Virus record (IMG/VR): IMGVR_UViG_3300032241_000649
Span: 24,723 to 88,722 of that record
Source of the DNA: a virus
Strand: one strand, 5' to 3'
DNA length: 64,000 nucleotides
Both the position numbers and the translations under genes were made by a program. This document shows positions 16,618 through 25,931 of the stretch, piece by piece. The first letter of the stretch is position 1. Each line of letters opens with the position of its first letter. The notes beneath the pieces are model-generated. The model saw nothing but the letters and a program-made list of their open reading frames with translations, did no database searches and was not told where the DNA came from.

Positions 16618-16905
16618 TTACTTTGCTGCGTTAGCGAGCGCCTTTTGGGCGTCTGATACTGCAGCGGTTGCTACTGAACTCAAAGCAGCAGTTGTTGCTG
16701 CATCCAAGTGTTCCTTCTTAGCTAGGTCATTGACCGAAGCCTTAGGATTAAAGCGGGCAAGTACAGGACCAATTACACCGACTACAGCAGCCCATAGGAC
16801 GTGCTTTAGGTTGTGGTTACCTGTCTGGTAGATTGCAACAGCAGATGCTGCAGTTGCGTAAACATAGTGCTCTACGAGTAGCTTTTCTGATTGTGGTAGC
16901 TTCAT
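16618..16905 (-). CDS. putative holin
   Basis: Two hydrophobic segments, then ..PVLARFNPK; inside the lysis cassette. Confidence 0.55.
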   Translation of the reverse strand: MKLPQSEKLLVEHYVYATAASAVAIYQTGNHNLKHVLWAAVVGVIGPVLARFNPKASVNDLAKKEHLDAATTAALSSVATAAVSDAQKALANAAK

Positions 16906-16908
16906 GAT

Positions 16909-17145
16909 TTATTTTCCTTCTGTTGTGGTTACATTGTTTACGTAAGGTGTAACAATATGGGACTCAGCCTGAACATTAGGCTGAGAAGAAGAAAAAGACG
17001 GACTAGCAGATCCAGCTAATGCAGCTGAGATTGCAAGACCTATATGCTTCACATCCGGTGTAAAGCCAGAGTTAGCCCAGGCTGTAAAGCCGGCCGTACT
17101 AGCGATTCCCATAGACACAGGACTTTTGAAGTTAAACTTGAGCAT
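16909..17145 (-). CDS. small membrane protein (holin-like)
   Basis: Two short hydrophobic helices; AAGGAGG RBS. Confidence 0.45.
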   Translation of the reverse strand: MLKFNFKSPVSMGIASTAGFTAWANSGFTPDVKHIGLAISAALAGSASPSFSSSQPNVQAESHIVTPYVNNVTTTEGK

Positions 17146-17194
17146 ATCTTCCTCCTTACTAACTATTATATACTAAACAGATTGCCAATGCAAA

Positions 17195-17524
17195 TTATGG
17201 ACTGGTGTCCTTTACCCCCATATGATCCATGATTAAGGTCACATGGCGACGTAGCTCTTCAATATGACCATGAGTGGCCTGATCAAGCTTGAGGTCCTTA
17301 GTAATTATACGCCTATCTTCATCCCCAGAACGATTTGTAGCGTTAAGAATAAGGCCAGAGAGCAAAATTGATTCTAAGGAAACTATCAGGGTTAAAAGAC
17401 CATAGGGAAATGCCTCAATAGACAGTATTATCCAAGTACCCCACCATAGTAGATGGAATAAAAAGAACCAGGGTGAACCAAAAGATACTGCAGCCCAGTC
17501 TGAGAGTTTTTGGAATAACTTCAT
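17195..17524 (-). CDS. DUF1003-like membrane protein
   Basis: FGSPWFFLFHLLWWGTWI...FPYGLLTLIVSLESILLSGLIL. Confidence 0.75.
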   Translation of the reverse strand: MKLFQKLSDWAAVSFGSPWFFLFHLLWWGTWIILSIEAFPYGLLTLIVSLESILLSGLILNATNRSGDEDRRIITKDLKLDQATHGHIEELRRHVTLIMDHMGVKDTSP

Positions 17525-18390
17525 GAACCTGCCTTAGCTACCATAGAAGTGTAAGTAAATGGGCCTAGTATCTTTTGTTTCTTCTCTGAAGCTAATCCTG
17601 GATACTTAGATTGATATACGGGAATAAGGGCAATTTCAGCATCGTTAAGAACATTAGAGACAAGATTTGCTGGAAGTAATCCTGCATTAGCTAGCGCTCT
17701 AGCTACAATAAGTTCAGCTGTTCCTTTAGCCCCAATCTTAAATGCAGAAGATCCTGGAAATGGTGGGGCAGCAATAACTGTAGTTTTAGATGGTGGTGTT
17801 GTAGAGGTAGTGTTATGAATACCAGCAACGCCTGCACCACCCAAAGCTGTAACTCCAGCAACACCTGTAGCTAAGCCTCTATTATTTAAAGCTTTACTTG
17901 AAGCAGGCTTAACTGCACTAGGGTACTTGGGACGAACGATTGCCATAACTCCTAGGTATGGACGGTGACGCCTAAATACTCCAATGCCGTTTGCTTGACT
18001 ACCTGTAGCATGATCTGGGCTAGTATTAGCTTCAATCGTAGTGATGCCGTCAGAGCTTGCGCCCTCAATAATACCAACATGCTCTGCTTGCCCATTGCCA
18101 GAGAAGTTAAAGAATACTAGGTCTCCTGGTTGTCCAGAATACTTACCTACTACTTGACCATTCTTTTGAAAATGTGCAAGACCGGCAGGGCAATAACTGA
18201 ATCCTTTTTCAGTTTCAGCAGCAACTAAAGCTGATAAACCTTTTTGTGCAAACACCCAGCTAACAAACATGGCGCAGTAAGGTTGGTTTGGAACACCGTA
18301 CCAACTACCATAAGGATTCTCGTTATTAGGGCCTTCAATAAATCCTAACTGACCTTGTGCCTCTAATACAATATCTAAACCGCTACTCAT
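17521..18390 (-). CDS. endolysin, CHAP domain
   Basis: PYCAMFVSWV, PGDLVFF, EHVGI, TIEANT. Confidence 0.85.
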   Translation of the reverse strand: MSSGLDIVLEAQGQLGFIEGPNNENPYGSWYGVPNQPYCAMFVSWVFAQKGLSALVAAETEKGFSYCPAGLAHFQKNGQVVGKYSGQPGDLVFFNFSGNGQAEHVGIIEGASSDGITTIEANTSPDHATGSQANGIGVFRRHRPYLGVMAIVRPKYPSAVKPASSKALNNRGLATGVAGVTALGGAGVAGIHNTTSTTPPSKTTVIAAPPFPGSSAFKIGAKGTAELIVARALANAGLLPANLVSNVLNDAEIALIPVYQSKYPGLASEKKQKILGPFTYTSMVAKAGS

Positions 18391-18814
18391 ATGTCACCTC
18401 CGCTGCAGGATCTGTCCCTGTCTTGCGATATCTAAATGTTTCCCATAAAGGAGCTGGAATCTCATGTATACCGAAGCGTGTACGATGATGAGCTTCACAA
18501 AGAACCTCTAGGTTTCCTGGAGATTCAATCCACTTCTGGAAGTCCTCATCTTTTTCAAAATGTAATCCAAATGCTTTCTCAACTTTAACAGGATCTATAT
18601 TGTTGATTTGACTAAATTCTATGTGGCTGTGATGAAGTTCAGGGCCACCGGAGCATAAATCATCATCAATTATGCACTTCCATAGACCTTGCTTTTTAAT
18701 CCTAACCTTAGCTTGATTGAACAAATGATAGTGTGGGTCTGATTCACGAGGCTCATGGGCGGGAACGGATATAGCCAAGTGAAGGTTCATCTTCTGTGTG
18801 TGTGCGTCTGTCAC
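18383..18814 (-). CDS. HNH-like protein
   Basis: C-x6-C, ELHH, NLEVLCEAHH, GIH. Confidence 0.6.
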   Translation of the reverse strand: MTDAHTQKMNLHLAISVPAHEPRESDPHYHLFNQAKVRIKKQGLWKCIIDDDLCSGGPELHHSHIEFSQINNIDPVKVEKAFGLHFEKDEDFQKWIESPGNLEVLCEAHHRTRFGIHEIPAPLWETFRYRKTGTDPAAEVTYE

Positions 18815-19290
18815 TGGTAGATCAACCTTTCTGCTAAATCTCCTGGAGTTACAAGGTTAACTGGTTTATTAATTAAAGTGAAGCCTGCCTTATCATAGGC
18901 CTCAGCCACTAATTCAGAACAGATATAGCCTTGACGCTTTGATAGCTTATTCCATAGCTTTACTGGTGGAATGCGTAGTCCAACAATACGAAGAAAAATT
19001 GTAAAAATATCTAAGAAACCATAAGGCTTGCCTATTTGAGCTATGGCATAGTCTACAATTGCTGCACGACGGTCTTCTGTAATCTTTTCGTGTTTATTCC
19101 ATGCAATATGTGTATAGTTACTGGCTTTACCAAAGCTAACTCCTACAGGCCTAGCTTCTATAAGTACGTCACCTTCAATGCAAATTACAGCATGATTCCA
19201 TCGGCTTAGTGTTACTACCCGAATTAACTTACCTACTATGCCGTTGGTTTTAACCACGCCATAGTCACCAGGACGAGGCGTGTATGACAT
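18811..19290 (-). CDS. permuted papain-like (YiiX/YebB, NlpC/P60) enzyme
   Basis: PGD, SRWNHAVI, IEA, QIGKPY, YICSELVAEAY, VTPGDL. Confidence 0.85.
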   Translation of the reverse strand: MSYTPRPGDYGVVKTNGIVGKLIRVVTLSRWNHAVICIEGDVLIEARPVGVSFGKASNYTHIAWNKHEKITEDRRAAIVDYAIAQIGKPYGFLDIFTIFLRIVGLRIPPVKLWNKLSKRQGYICSELVAEAYDKAGFTLINKPVNLVTPGDLAERLIYQ

Positions 19291-19553
19291 TATTCTGCTC
19301 CGTCGTCTACGTGCTGTTCGAAACGACCTTCTAGCTTAGCTACCTTTAAAGCAATTTTTTCTTGGTTAGTTTTAAGGTCTCTAAGAATAGGAAGAACTTC
19401 TAAATTAATCTTATCATTGAGAGATGTGCCGTGGTTAGGCTTCAACTCTGATAGGTAGTGTTTAATGATCCAACGGAATGCAAAACCAAAAGCACCTAGA
19501 ATAGCAATGGCTGCAGAGATTCCTTGCAGAACGTTAATTGTATTAGTGCTCAC
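19290..19553 (-). CDS. single-TM coiled-coil protein (holin/lysis accessory)
   Basis: N-terminal TM segment, ELKPNHGTSLND, C-terminal coiled coil. Confidence 0.6.
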   Translation of the reverse strand: MSTNTINVLQGISAAIAILGAFGFAFRWIIKHYLSELKPNHGTSLNDKINLEVLPILRDLKTNQEKIALKVAKLEGRFEQHVDDGAE

Positions 19554-19568
19554 TATGTATCTCCAATA

Positions 19569-19614
19569 AAATAAGCCGGCGTATGCACATAGTATGCATT
19601 ACACCGACTTATTT
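19569..19614 (-). promoter_or_regulatory. long RNA hairpin (terminator or attenuator) upstream of the lysis cassette
   Basis: About 21-bp imperfect stem whose mismatches become G-U pairs only on the - strand. Confidence 0.5.
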
Positions 19615-19630
19615 GTACTGTTAAATGTGA

Positions 19631-20785
19631 TTACTTAAGTGTACTTACAATTTCCTGACCGCGGTACATAGTCTTACCTTTATGTATATGCACCTGATCA
19701 AAGTGAAAACTGTCATCATCACCATCTTTAAAGAAGATAACGCTTACGCCTTGCTGCCAGTTCTCAAAATACTGAAGCGCATTGCCCTTGACATCCACAC
19801 CACCCTTAACGGAGGGAACTGCTCCATCCACGCGGCATAAGCATCCAGGTGAGAAAGAGACACTCTTGATAGCGTTATCACGATCAAATACTGTCTTACT
19901 TTGCTGTTCCATACGATGCGTATGGCCGAATAGCGTAGAAATATTTGGATTTGAATTAGCGTACTGAGCTGCTGTAGACCCAGAGCTATTAGCACGATCG
20001 CCATGCATAGCACGGAGGCGCTTATTAATCCAGTGAGCTGCTGCTGGATAACCATCAATGAACTCAACTCCTAACTCGTCGCAACGTAGTAGGTTCTGTA
20101 AACTGTTTACAGGCCATGAATCTGGCATGTTTGCAACCTTAAGACCATAGGCAGCTGCCGCATTAGTGTTGATGAAACGGTTTAGTCGCTTATCGTGGTT
20201 ACCCTCAAGAAGGATAATACGGGCATCTACCCCAGCTTCAGCACGCTGTTGGGCAAGGAACATATGTCCTCGGTCAATTGCTTTCTGTGCAGTGTGTGCA
20301 AACACAGCCTCTTGCTCATAGGTACCATACATAGGGAGATCTAAGAAATCCCCGAGGTTAATTACCTGCGCAAGAGGGTGGCCATGGTCTAGTCCTACAA
20401 CTTGTAGGGCTACGTCCATAGCATCCTCATCATGAAACGGATCTAGTGTACCGTCTTCTTGCATACGGTAACCAATTTGTGGATCAGGAAGAGCAACTGC
20501 AACCTTCCAGTCGCTACTGACTAGAGCAGGTGTGCGAACTTTTGGTTGTACTACGGTAGGAGCAGCCTGTTGCACTGGCTGCCACTTAGGACCTTCGCTC
20601 CATTTAGGAGAAAGAATAATTTTAGTATCATCGGGGTTGTTAGATAGGCTAACTTTACTGATCTTACCCACATCTTCTGGGGTGAGACCATTAGCCTTAA
20701 GAAGTTTTTCAATAGAGTTAATACCTGTAGATGCTACCGCATCTGTCTTCGCATCTCCGTAAGCATCACTTAGCGACATCCGCAC
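19631..20785 (-). CDS. calcineurin-like metallophosphoesterase
   Basis: LPDPQ, NLGDFLD, EGNHD, MHGD, GHTHR motifs. Confidence 0.85.
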   Translation of the reverse strand: MRMSLSDAYGDAKTDAVASTGINSIEKLLKANGLTPEDVGKISKVSLSNNPDDTKIILSPKWSEGPKWQPVQQAAPTVVQPKVRTPALVSSDWKVAVALPDPQIGYRMQEDGTLDPFHDEDAMDVALQVVGLDHGHPLAQVINLGDFLDLPMYGTYEQEAVFAHTAQKAIDRGHMFLAQQRAEAGVDARIILLEGNHDKRLNRFINTNAAAAYGLKVANMPDSWPVNSLQNLLRCDELGVEFIDGYPAAAHWINKRLRAMHGDRANSSGSTAAQYANSNPNISTLFGHTHRMEQQSKTVFDRDNAIKSVSFSPGCLCRVDGAVPSVKGGVDVKGNALQYFENWQQGVSVIFFKDGDDDSFHFDQVHIHKGKTMYRGQEIVSTLK

Positions 20786-21000
20786 TCTCCTACTCTATGG
20801 GTACGGAGCGATGTAATACTAAAGGTGGCCCCGGCATCCTTGTATAAATTAAAAAGACTTTTGTTTGAGAAGTCATCATCTGAGATAGAGGATATAAATG
20901 CTTCTTTATCATCACCAGTAAACTGGTTGCCCCATTCAGCTACAACACAGCGGTTAGCTGCTACATCTTGTTTTGCTTTTTCATACAGTTTATCTAACAT
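20770..21000 (-). CDS. small hypothetical protein (HTH/Zn-like)
   Basis: C...HR..ECGC; AGGAGG RBS. Confidence 0.6.
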   Translation of the reverse strand: MLDKLYEKAKQDVAANRCVVAEWGNQFTGDDKEAFISSISDDDFSNKSLFNLYKDAGATFSITSLRTHRVGECGCR

Positions 21001-21016
21001 TGCGCCTCCTGTTAAG

Positions 21017-21056
21017 AATAGGACCTGAAGTTAATCAGGTCCTATTATCTATTATA
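21017..21056 (-). promoter_or_regulatory. extended -10 promoter with a 12-bp inverted repeat at the transcription start
   Basis: TGTTATAAT on the - strand; AATAGGACCTGA-6-TCAGGTCCTATT at 21017-21046. Confidence 0.5.
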
Positions 21057-21063
21057 ACATATT

Positions 21064-21423
21064 TTAGTATGAAGTGCCAATTCCTTGATCAAAGCTTTGT
21101 GTGCTTCGGACCACTGATGGGGAGACAATACGACCATTAGCTTGAGTTGCTGCTGCTGATGGTTCTGTCTGCTTCATATAACGACCCTTGATTGTGTGAG
21201 CTGCACCCATCTTCTCCATTGCTGGAGTCTGTTGTACATTCGCACGATTTGCTTTTGTGCCAGGAGCTGTTGGATCTCCAGCTGCTGTGTTCTTCTTACC
21301 CATAAGTGTTCCTGATGCTGGCTTTGAAGACGGTGAAGTAAACTTCAATGCTTCGCGGCCCATTGAGGAACGGCCTTGTGTATTTTCTGCAGCTACTGCT
21401 GCATCCAAGTCTGACTTTGCCAT
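21064..21423 (-). CDS. hypothetical low-complexity protein
   Basis: 119 aa, A/G/T-rich ORF. Confidence 0.6.
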   Translation of the reverse strand: MAKSDLDAAVAAENTQGRSSMGREALKFTSPSSKPASGTLMGKKNTAAGDPTAPGTKANRANVQQTPAMEKMGAAHTIKGRYMKQTEPSAAATQANGRIVSPSVVRSTQSFDQGIGTSY

Positions 21424-21465
21424 GTTGGTACCTAACTGTTAGAGAGCTCTTGTTCTAAGGGTATA

Positions 21466-21747
21466 TCAAATGGAGAAAATTGTAAATACTATTGCAGAGA
21501 TCTTTCCATCCCTTGAATCCACGGTGGTAAACCCTGGGATACAGGCGAGACGCATACCTCTAGGGGCTACATAGCCACTAGCGATAGCAATTGACTTTAC
21601 CGCCTGGTTTACTGCTGAAGCGCCTACGGCGCGTACTTTTACCTGGGGAGACTCATATAGAGCGTGTGCAATAGCTGAGCCTAACGATTGAGCGCTAGAA
21701 CCGGCACCTGCACGCAGGATGTTTTCTTCTTCTTTTACTTCGTTCAC
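21466..21747 (-). CDS. spoVS: SpoVS-family protein
   Basis: SLGSAIAHAL...VRAVGASAVNQAVKSIAIASGYVAPRG..LACIPGF...ISAIVF is the SpoVS signature. Confidence 0.9.
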   Translation of the reverse strand: MNEVKEEENILRAGAGSSAQSLGSAIAHALYESPQVKVRAVGASAVNQAVKSIAIASGYVAPRGMRLACIPGFTTVDSRDGKISAIVFTIFSI

Positions 21748-21796
21748 GAGTTGTAGTCCTTTAGGTTCGATTTGTATGCCCGCCTAATGGAATATA

Positions 21797-22144
21797 TTAC
21801 GGTGTATCGCCGTATCCCGCATCCCTAAGTAGTTTTACAAAATCTTCTAGTCTAAGGATGGTCACCCATTCCCCTATATTGACCTCTCCCTGCCCGTTTA
21901 AGCGGAGAACAGCAACGGGTAGGTCTTTACCATTAGACCGATCCTTAAGCTGCTTAATGACCGTGCTAGGGCTGAAATCTTTGCGAGCTTTAACCTCCCA
22001 GTCAATGCCCACAGTGCCGGTAATATCTGTACCAGGGCGACCAGCTCCAGTAGACTCAGCAAAAGGAAACCCATGCTCAGCTAAATAATTCGCTACAACC
22101 TTTTGGGAACGATAGCCCCTATGCTTTCGTGATTGACTGGGCAC
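21797..22144 (-). CDS. Holliday junction resolvase (PD-(D/E)XK)
   Basis: KHRG...V.NYL..HGF, GTDI, WEVK. Confidence 0.75.
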   Translation of the reverse strand: MPSQSRKHRGYRSQKVVANYLAEHGFPFAESTGAGRPGTDITGTVGIDWEVKARKDFSPSTVIKQLKDRSNGKDLPVAVLRLNGQGEVNIGEWVTILRLEDFVKLLRDAGYGDTP

Positions 22145-22370
22145 TCTTGGTCTCCTCTAAGTAATCATCTAGGATCTTTTGGTTCTCGTGCAGTTCTTTC
22201 TTTAGTACCTCTACATCTTCTGGACTCATCTGATCCATATTCTCTAAGAGAATAGTCTTTCCCATTTCTAATCCGGCAGCAAATCTAGCCATGTTCTGCT
22301 TTTTGCGCTCCGCAAGAAAGGAAGTCTGCTCGGCCTTGCGTTCCGCAATCTTATCTTGTCTCTTACTCAT
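22119..22370 (-). CDS. coiled-coil hypothetical protein
   Basis: ORF; AAGGA RBS. Confidence 0.6.
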   Translation of the reverse strand: MSKRQDKIAERKAEQTSFLAERKKQNMARFAAGLEMGKTILLENMDQMSPEDVEVLKKELHENQKILDDYLEETKSAQSITKA

Positions 22371-22483
22371 TATAGTTCCTTCTCATACCCACATTTTGTG
22401 CATCTAACCTGCCACATAGACCATTTAGGATCAATGACTTCCCATAAGTAGTTAAAACAAAATAGATGTTTTAAACGTTTCAT
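22370..22483 (-). CDS. zinc-ribbon microprotein (37 aa)
   Basis: Read by hand: MKRLKHLFC...VRCTKCGYEKEL; ATGA and TAATG coupling. Confidence 0.55.
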   Translation of the reverse strand: MKRLKHLFCFNYLWEVIDPKWSMWQVRCTKCGYEKEL

Positions 22484-22971
22484 GTTGTAAACCTTCGGGA
22501 CCTTGAACGCATGCCGCCACCGTCTGATGTGCGGCGGGTAAGCTCACGAGATACAAGCTGTCCGTCTCTATCAATGTTCTCTGTACGAGTCTCTATGAGC
22601 TTACGGAATGCATACTTAACATCTAAGTCATGCTGTAGCGACTGAATGTTAGGGCTAGAACCAATGATAGCTTTTACAACTGACACACGGTCTGCGCCCT
22701 TAGCACCAGTCCAGTTAGCCATCATAGCGGCATCGGTAGCCTGTTTAAGAGCAGTTTCAGCCTCCCGCTCGTTAATGTCAGCAATAGCTTTAGCACCAGC
22801 TAGATGGGCGCTCCACTGTGTGTATTGAACGAAAAGGTCCATAAGACCTTCATCATCTAGCTCTGTAATATCTCTAGGCAAGCTAGGGATATCAAACTTA
22901 GGTTTAGGTGTTAGTGGAAACCCTAATTTATTTAGAGTATCTACCGCCCTATCAGATATAGAAAGACTCAC
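22480..22971 (-). CDS. helical protein, possible UvsY-like recombination mediator
   Basis: All-helical, ends in SRELTRR; lies in the RecA/exonuclease cluster. Confidence 0.45.
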   Translation of the reverse strand: MSLSISDRAVDTLNKLGFPLTPKPKFDIPSLPRDITELDDEGLMDLFVQYTQWSAHLAGAKAIADINEREAETALKQATDAAMMANWTGAKGADRVSVVKAIIGSSPNIQSLQHDLDVKYAFRKLIETRTENIDRDGQLVSRELTRRTSDGGGMRSRSRRFTT

Positions 22972-23812
22972 AGCGCTTACATCCTTTCTCTGGATTATGA
23001 CTGCATACAGGTGGTCGCTTGTTCTCTACAGCCCAAGCTACATCTCTGGCCTTTTCAAAGATTTCTGCAGTGTACTCAGGAGAGTACTGAATTACAAATT
23101 CTTTATAGTCTTGATTTGCTTTAAGTTCATAGATAAAGACAATCTCTTTGGGTGCTGATTCAAGCAAACCCTCTTCAACCATCAAATGGCAAAGATGTAA
23201 GTAAACCTGTCCTTGAAGTTGGTGAGCACGAAACGGCATCTTGATGTTCTTCCAAGCCTTCTCAATATCACCTTCAGCTTGTGCGAGAATAGCTGGGGCC
23301 TCGTACCGAAGAGTTCCGGAACCAATAGACTTGATCTCAATTAGAAAGTCATCTCCAAGACCTTTAACCCAGCCATCTGTATGCCCAGCCATCATGTGCT
23401 TAGCACTTGTTAATGGGAACTCAGCATAGGCATGTGTTTTAGATACTTCAGAAGCTAGAAGTGGTCCTACCTTCTTGTTGCCCTTCTTCCAATAACCATA
23501 GAGCACACCCATTTCTTGCAACCAAGTCTGCCATTTAGCGTGGATGACATGACCCTCAGCAAAAATAGAAGACATGCGTAATGCCGGCTTATCTCTTACT
23601 TCTGCGTAGTCACCTAGTAGTGCGTGGTATTGTGCAAGTGCACACCACTCATCTTTAATAATATCTGAGGGGTGGATTACTGCCATATTACGCTCATCAA
23701 ACGGCTTAGATATAACATGGCGTTCAATAGCGCCCATTAATCTTGAAGGACGCTTGTTAGCCTCTAAGAATGCTTTTAAATCTTTACTGGCAATCGTCTT
23801 AGGTTTGCCCAT
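22952..23812 (-). CDS. Cas4/RecB-like PD-(D/E)XK exonuclease
   Basis: HPS...C, GHVIH, GHTDG, IEIKS, QGQVY, C-terminal C..CKRC. Confidence 0.85.
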   Translation of the reverse strand: MGKPKTIASKDLKAFLEANKRPSRLMGAIERHVISKPFDERNMAVIHPSDIIKDEWCALAQYHALLGDYAEVRDKPALRMSSIFAEGHVIHAKWQTWLQEMGVLYGYWKKGNKKVGPLLASEVSKTHAYAEFPLTSAKHMMAGHTDGWVKGLGDDFLIEIKSIGSGTLRYEAPAILAQAEGDIEKAWKNIKMPFRAHQLQGQVYLHLCHLMVEEGLLESAPKEIVFIYELKANQDYKEFVIQYSPEYTAEIFEKARDVAWAVENKRPPVCSHNPEKGCKRCESFYI

Positions 23813-24137
23813 ACTTTCTGCCCTCTTTCTCTAACCACTGGTCTAAGGTAATACCTTGCTTAGTGATCTTACGTTGTACAGCGTTACGTTCTCTGTGAGA
23901 CATACCGCCAAATATTCCATGTTGCTCATCATTTATTATAGCTTCTTTAAGACACTCTTGTCTAACCGGGCAAGGAGACTTGCCATCTTTACCCCAGCAA
24001 ATTGCTTTAGCCCTATCAGCTATAGGTTTGTAAAGCGCTTTATCTCTTGGAGGAAAGAAAAGCTCTGTGTCTTCTCCTTGACACTTAGCCTCATATCGCC
24101 AAGTCCAGGAGGGATCGTCACTGTAACGGAGTACCAA
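23799..24137 (-). CDS. whiB: WhiB-family transcription regulator
   Basis: AKC...LFFP...AKAIC...CPVRQECL...GIFGGMS..ER. Confidence 0.9.
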   Translation of the reverse strand: MVLRYSDDPSWTWRYEAKCQGEDTELFFPPRDKALYKPIADRAKAICWGKDGKSPCPVRQECLKEAIINDEQHGIFGGMSHRERNAVQRKITKQGITLDQWLEKEGRKYGQT

Positions 24138-24485
24138 TTAATCACCTTGTTCATTGTGGCCCCCCACTCCCTTATTGTACATCGCATCTGTTAATTCATG
24201 AAAATGGTGCTCCTGGATGATCACGTAGTCTTGCCCATCTAGGTGGAAAGCAAGCACTGGCTCACGACTATCTAGGATGGCCTCGGTAGTGATCTTATCT
24301 AGGATAGTAGACTGGATACTGAAAGACTTCTTGCTAGTCCACTTATGCTCAAAGAGGTAGTGGTCATTTCTGACGTCACCCTTGCGAGACCAAAACGCCC
24401 CAGAGCCAGCACTGCGTTGGCCACCCGTTAGGGCAGCCAATCGCTTTTCATGCTTTAGGGATTGTTTTTGTCCCTCACTCTTCAC
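24138..24485 (-). CDS. Holliday junction resolvase-like PD-(D/E)XK nuclease
   Basis: HEKRLA, GSGA...KGDV, FEHK. Confidence 0.75.
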   Translation of the reverse strand: MKSEGQKQSLKHEKRLAALTGGQRSAGSGAFWSRKGDVRNDHYLFEHKWTSKKSFSIQSTILDKITTEAILDSREPVLAFHLDGQDYVIIQEHHFHELTDAMYNKGVGGHNEQGD

Positions 24486-25536
24486 TATCTGCCTCGTTTA
24501 ACATCAGTATTGGATTAGCCCGTAAAGTATCCATAACTGCTTTACTAATCTCTGCAGCTAGATCAACCTCTTCACGAAGAGAGTCAATAAGAGCCTGAGC
24601 CCCTTGCCACTTGCGATCTTTATAGTACATCCAACCGCCACGGCGCTCCACAATATCATTGAGGATAGCCAAGGCTACGATTTCTTTACCTGTGTCATAA
24701 CTACCAGCATCAATGGGACCGCCATCGGCAAAGTAGAAATCCAAGTAAGCAGTTTGTTGTGGAGGGAAGGTCTTGTTCTTTATAGTACGGACACGGATCG
24801 TCTGCCCCACGCGACGCTTTTCCTGTCCGGTGCCTACCTCGAGCCAATCATCGCGCTTTACTTCGCAACGAATGCTGTAGGCATAGTCTTTGCCAAGACC
24901 TCCCGGGGTTGTACGAGGATCGCCGTGCATGACGCCAATCTTCATACGATACTGATTGATCATAATACCTAATACAGGACGCTCTGCCTCTACTAGATCC
25001 CGCTTAGTAGCAGAAGCTACTTTACGGAAAAACTTATTTGTTATAAGGGCTCCTCGTCCCACTGTAAATTCTTCCATGTGCTTTTCGTCTTCCGCACTAG
25101 GTACAAGAGCGGGAAGAGAATCAACAACGACCATATCAACAGCTTTACTTTCCATGAACTGAATAACCGCATCGAATGCGTCCTCCATACTATTTGTTTC
25201 TACTAAGATAACGCGGTCTGTATCAACCCCGCATAGAGCTGCATACTGTGCGTCAAAAGCCTCTGCAGCGATCCAGACAGCTGTGAAGTCTGGATTGATT
25301 TGTTGGTTTGCACCTATGGTGCGTAGAGCAATAGCAGTCTTACCGTGAGAAGCCTCACCAACTAACTCCACCCAATGATTCATTGGCCATCCTCCACCAA
25401 GGACTACATCCATGGTTAGAGAGCCTGTTGTGATACGCTCTGGTAGACGGACTTGGCTAGCTAGTACCACAGTACCAGCTCCTACTTTTTTATTGATATT
25501 TGCTACAACTTTTAGAGCCTCTGCGTTAATAGCCAT
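24475..25536 (-). CDS. recA: RecA/UvsX-like recombinase
   Basis: TGSLTMD..LGGG, GEASHGKT, VVDS, INQYR.KIGVMHGDPRTTPGG. Confidence 0.95.
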   Translation of the reverse strand: MAINAEALKVVANINKKVGAGTVVLASQVRLPERITTGSLTMDVVLGGGWPMNHWVELVGEASHGKTAIALRTIGANQQINPDFTAVWIAAEAFDAQYAALCGVDTDRVILVETNSMEDAFDAVIQFMESKAVDMVVVDSLPALVPSAEDEKHMEEFTVGRGALITNKFFRKVASATKRDLVEAERPVLGIMINQYRMKIGVMHGDPRTTPGGLGKDYAYSIRCEVKRDDWLEVGTGQEKRRVGQTIRVRTIKNKTFPPQQTAYLDFYFADGGPIDAGSYDTGKEIVALAILNDIVERRGGWMYYKDRKWQGAQALIDSLREEVDLAAEISKAVMDTLRANPILMLNEADSEE

Positions 25537-25931
25537 TATCCGATCCTATCTACGATTGTTCCAGGGTTAAATCCTCCGCCTTGTCCTACTTGCTTTGCTG
25601 CTTGAGTAGGGCCGGAAGAACTTCCACCAGGCATACCAGCACCGGAACCTTGCTGGATTACTGGGTATCCGCAATCATAACAACGCATGCGCTGTGTACC
25701 TTGCGGAGCAAAATAGTTACCACTATTACACTCAGGACAACGGTCGTTCATCCTGGCTGTTCTAGCTTTAGATACTAATTGATCATTGTCAGGATCATAA
25801 TTGACCTGAACGTTAGGTTGCTGTGCAGGAGGGGTATACGGCACACTTGGTGCAGGACCTACTGCAGGTGTAGGACTTGAAGAGCTAGGCTTTCCGCCTA
25901 ACTTATTAGCCCACCAGTCATTACTTGCCAT
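25536..25931 (-). CDS. zinc-ribbon hypothetical protein
   Basis: CPECNSGNY...RCYDCGYP. Confidence 0.7.
   Translation of the reverse strand: MASNDWWANKLGGKPSSSSPTPAVGPAPSVPYTPPAQQPNVQVNYDPDNDQLVSKARTARMNDRCPECNSGNYFAPQGTQRMRCYDCGYPVIQQGSGAGMPGGSSSGPTQAAKQVGQGGGFNPGTIVDRIG

Noticed and set aside
22952-23812. Cas4-like gene as evidence of a CRISPR-Cas system
   Set aside because: No repeat-spacer array or other cas genes were seen. Stand-alone Cas4-like exonucleases beside RecA are ordinary phage recombination genes.
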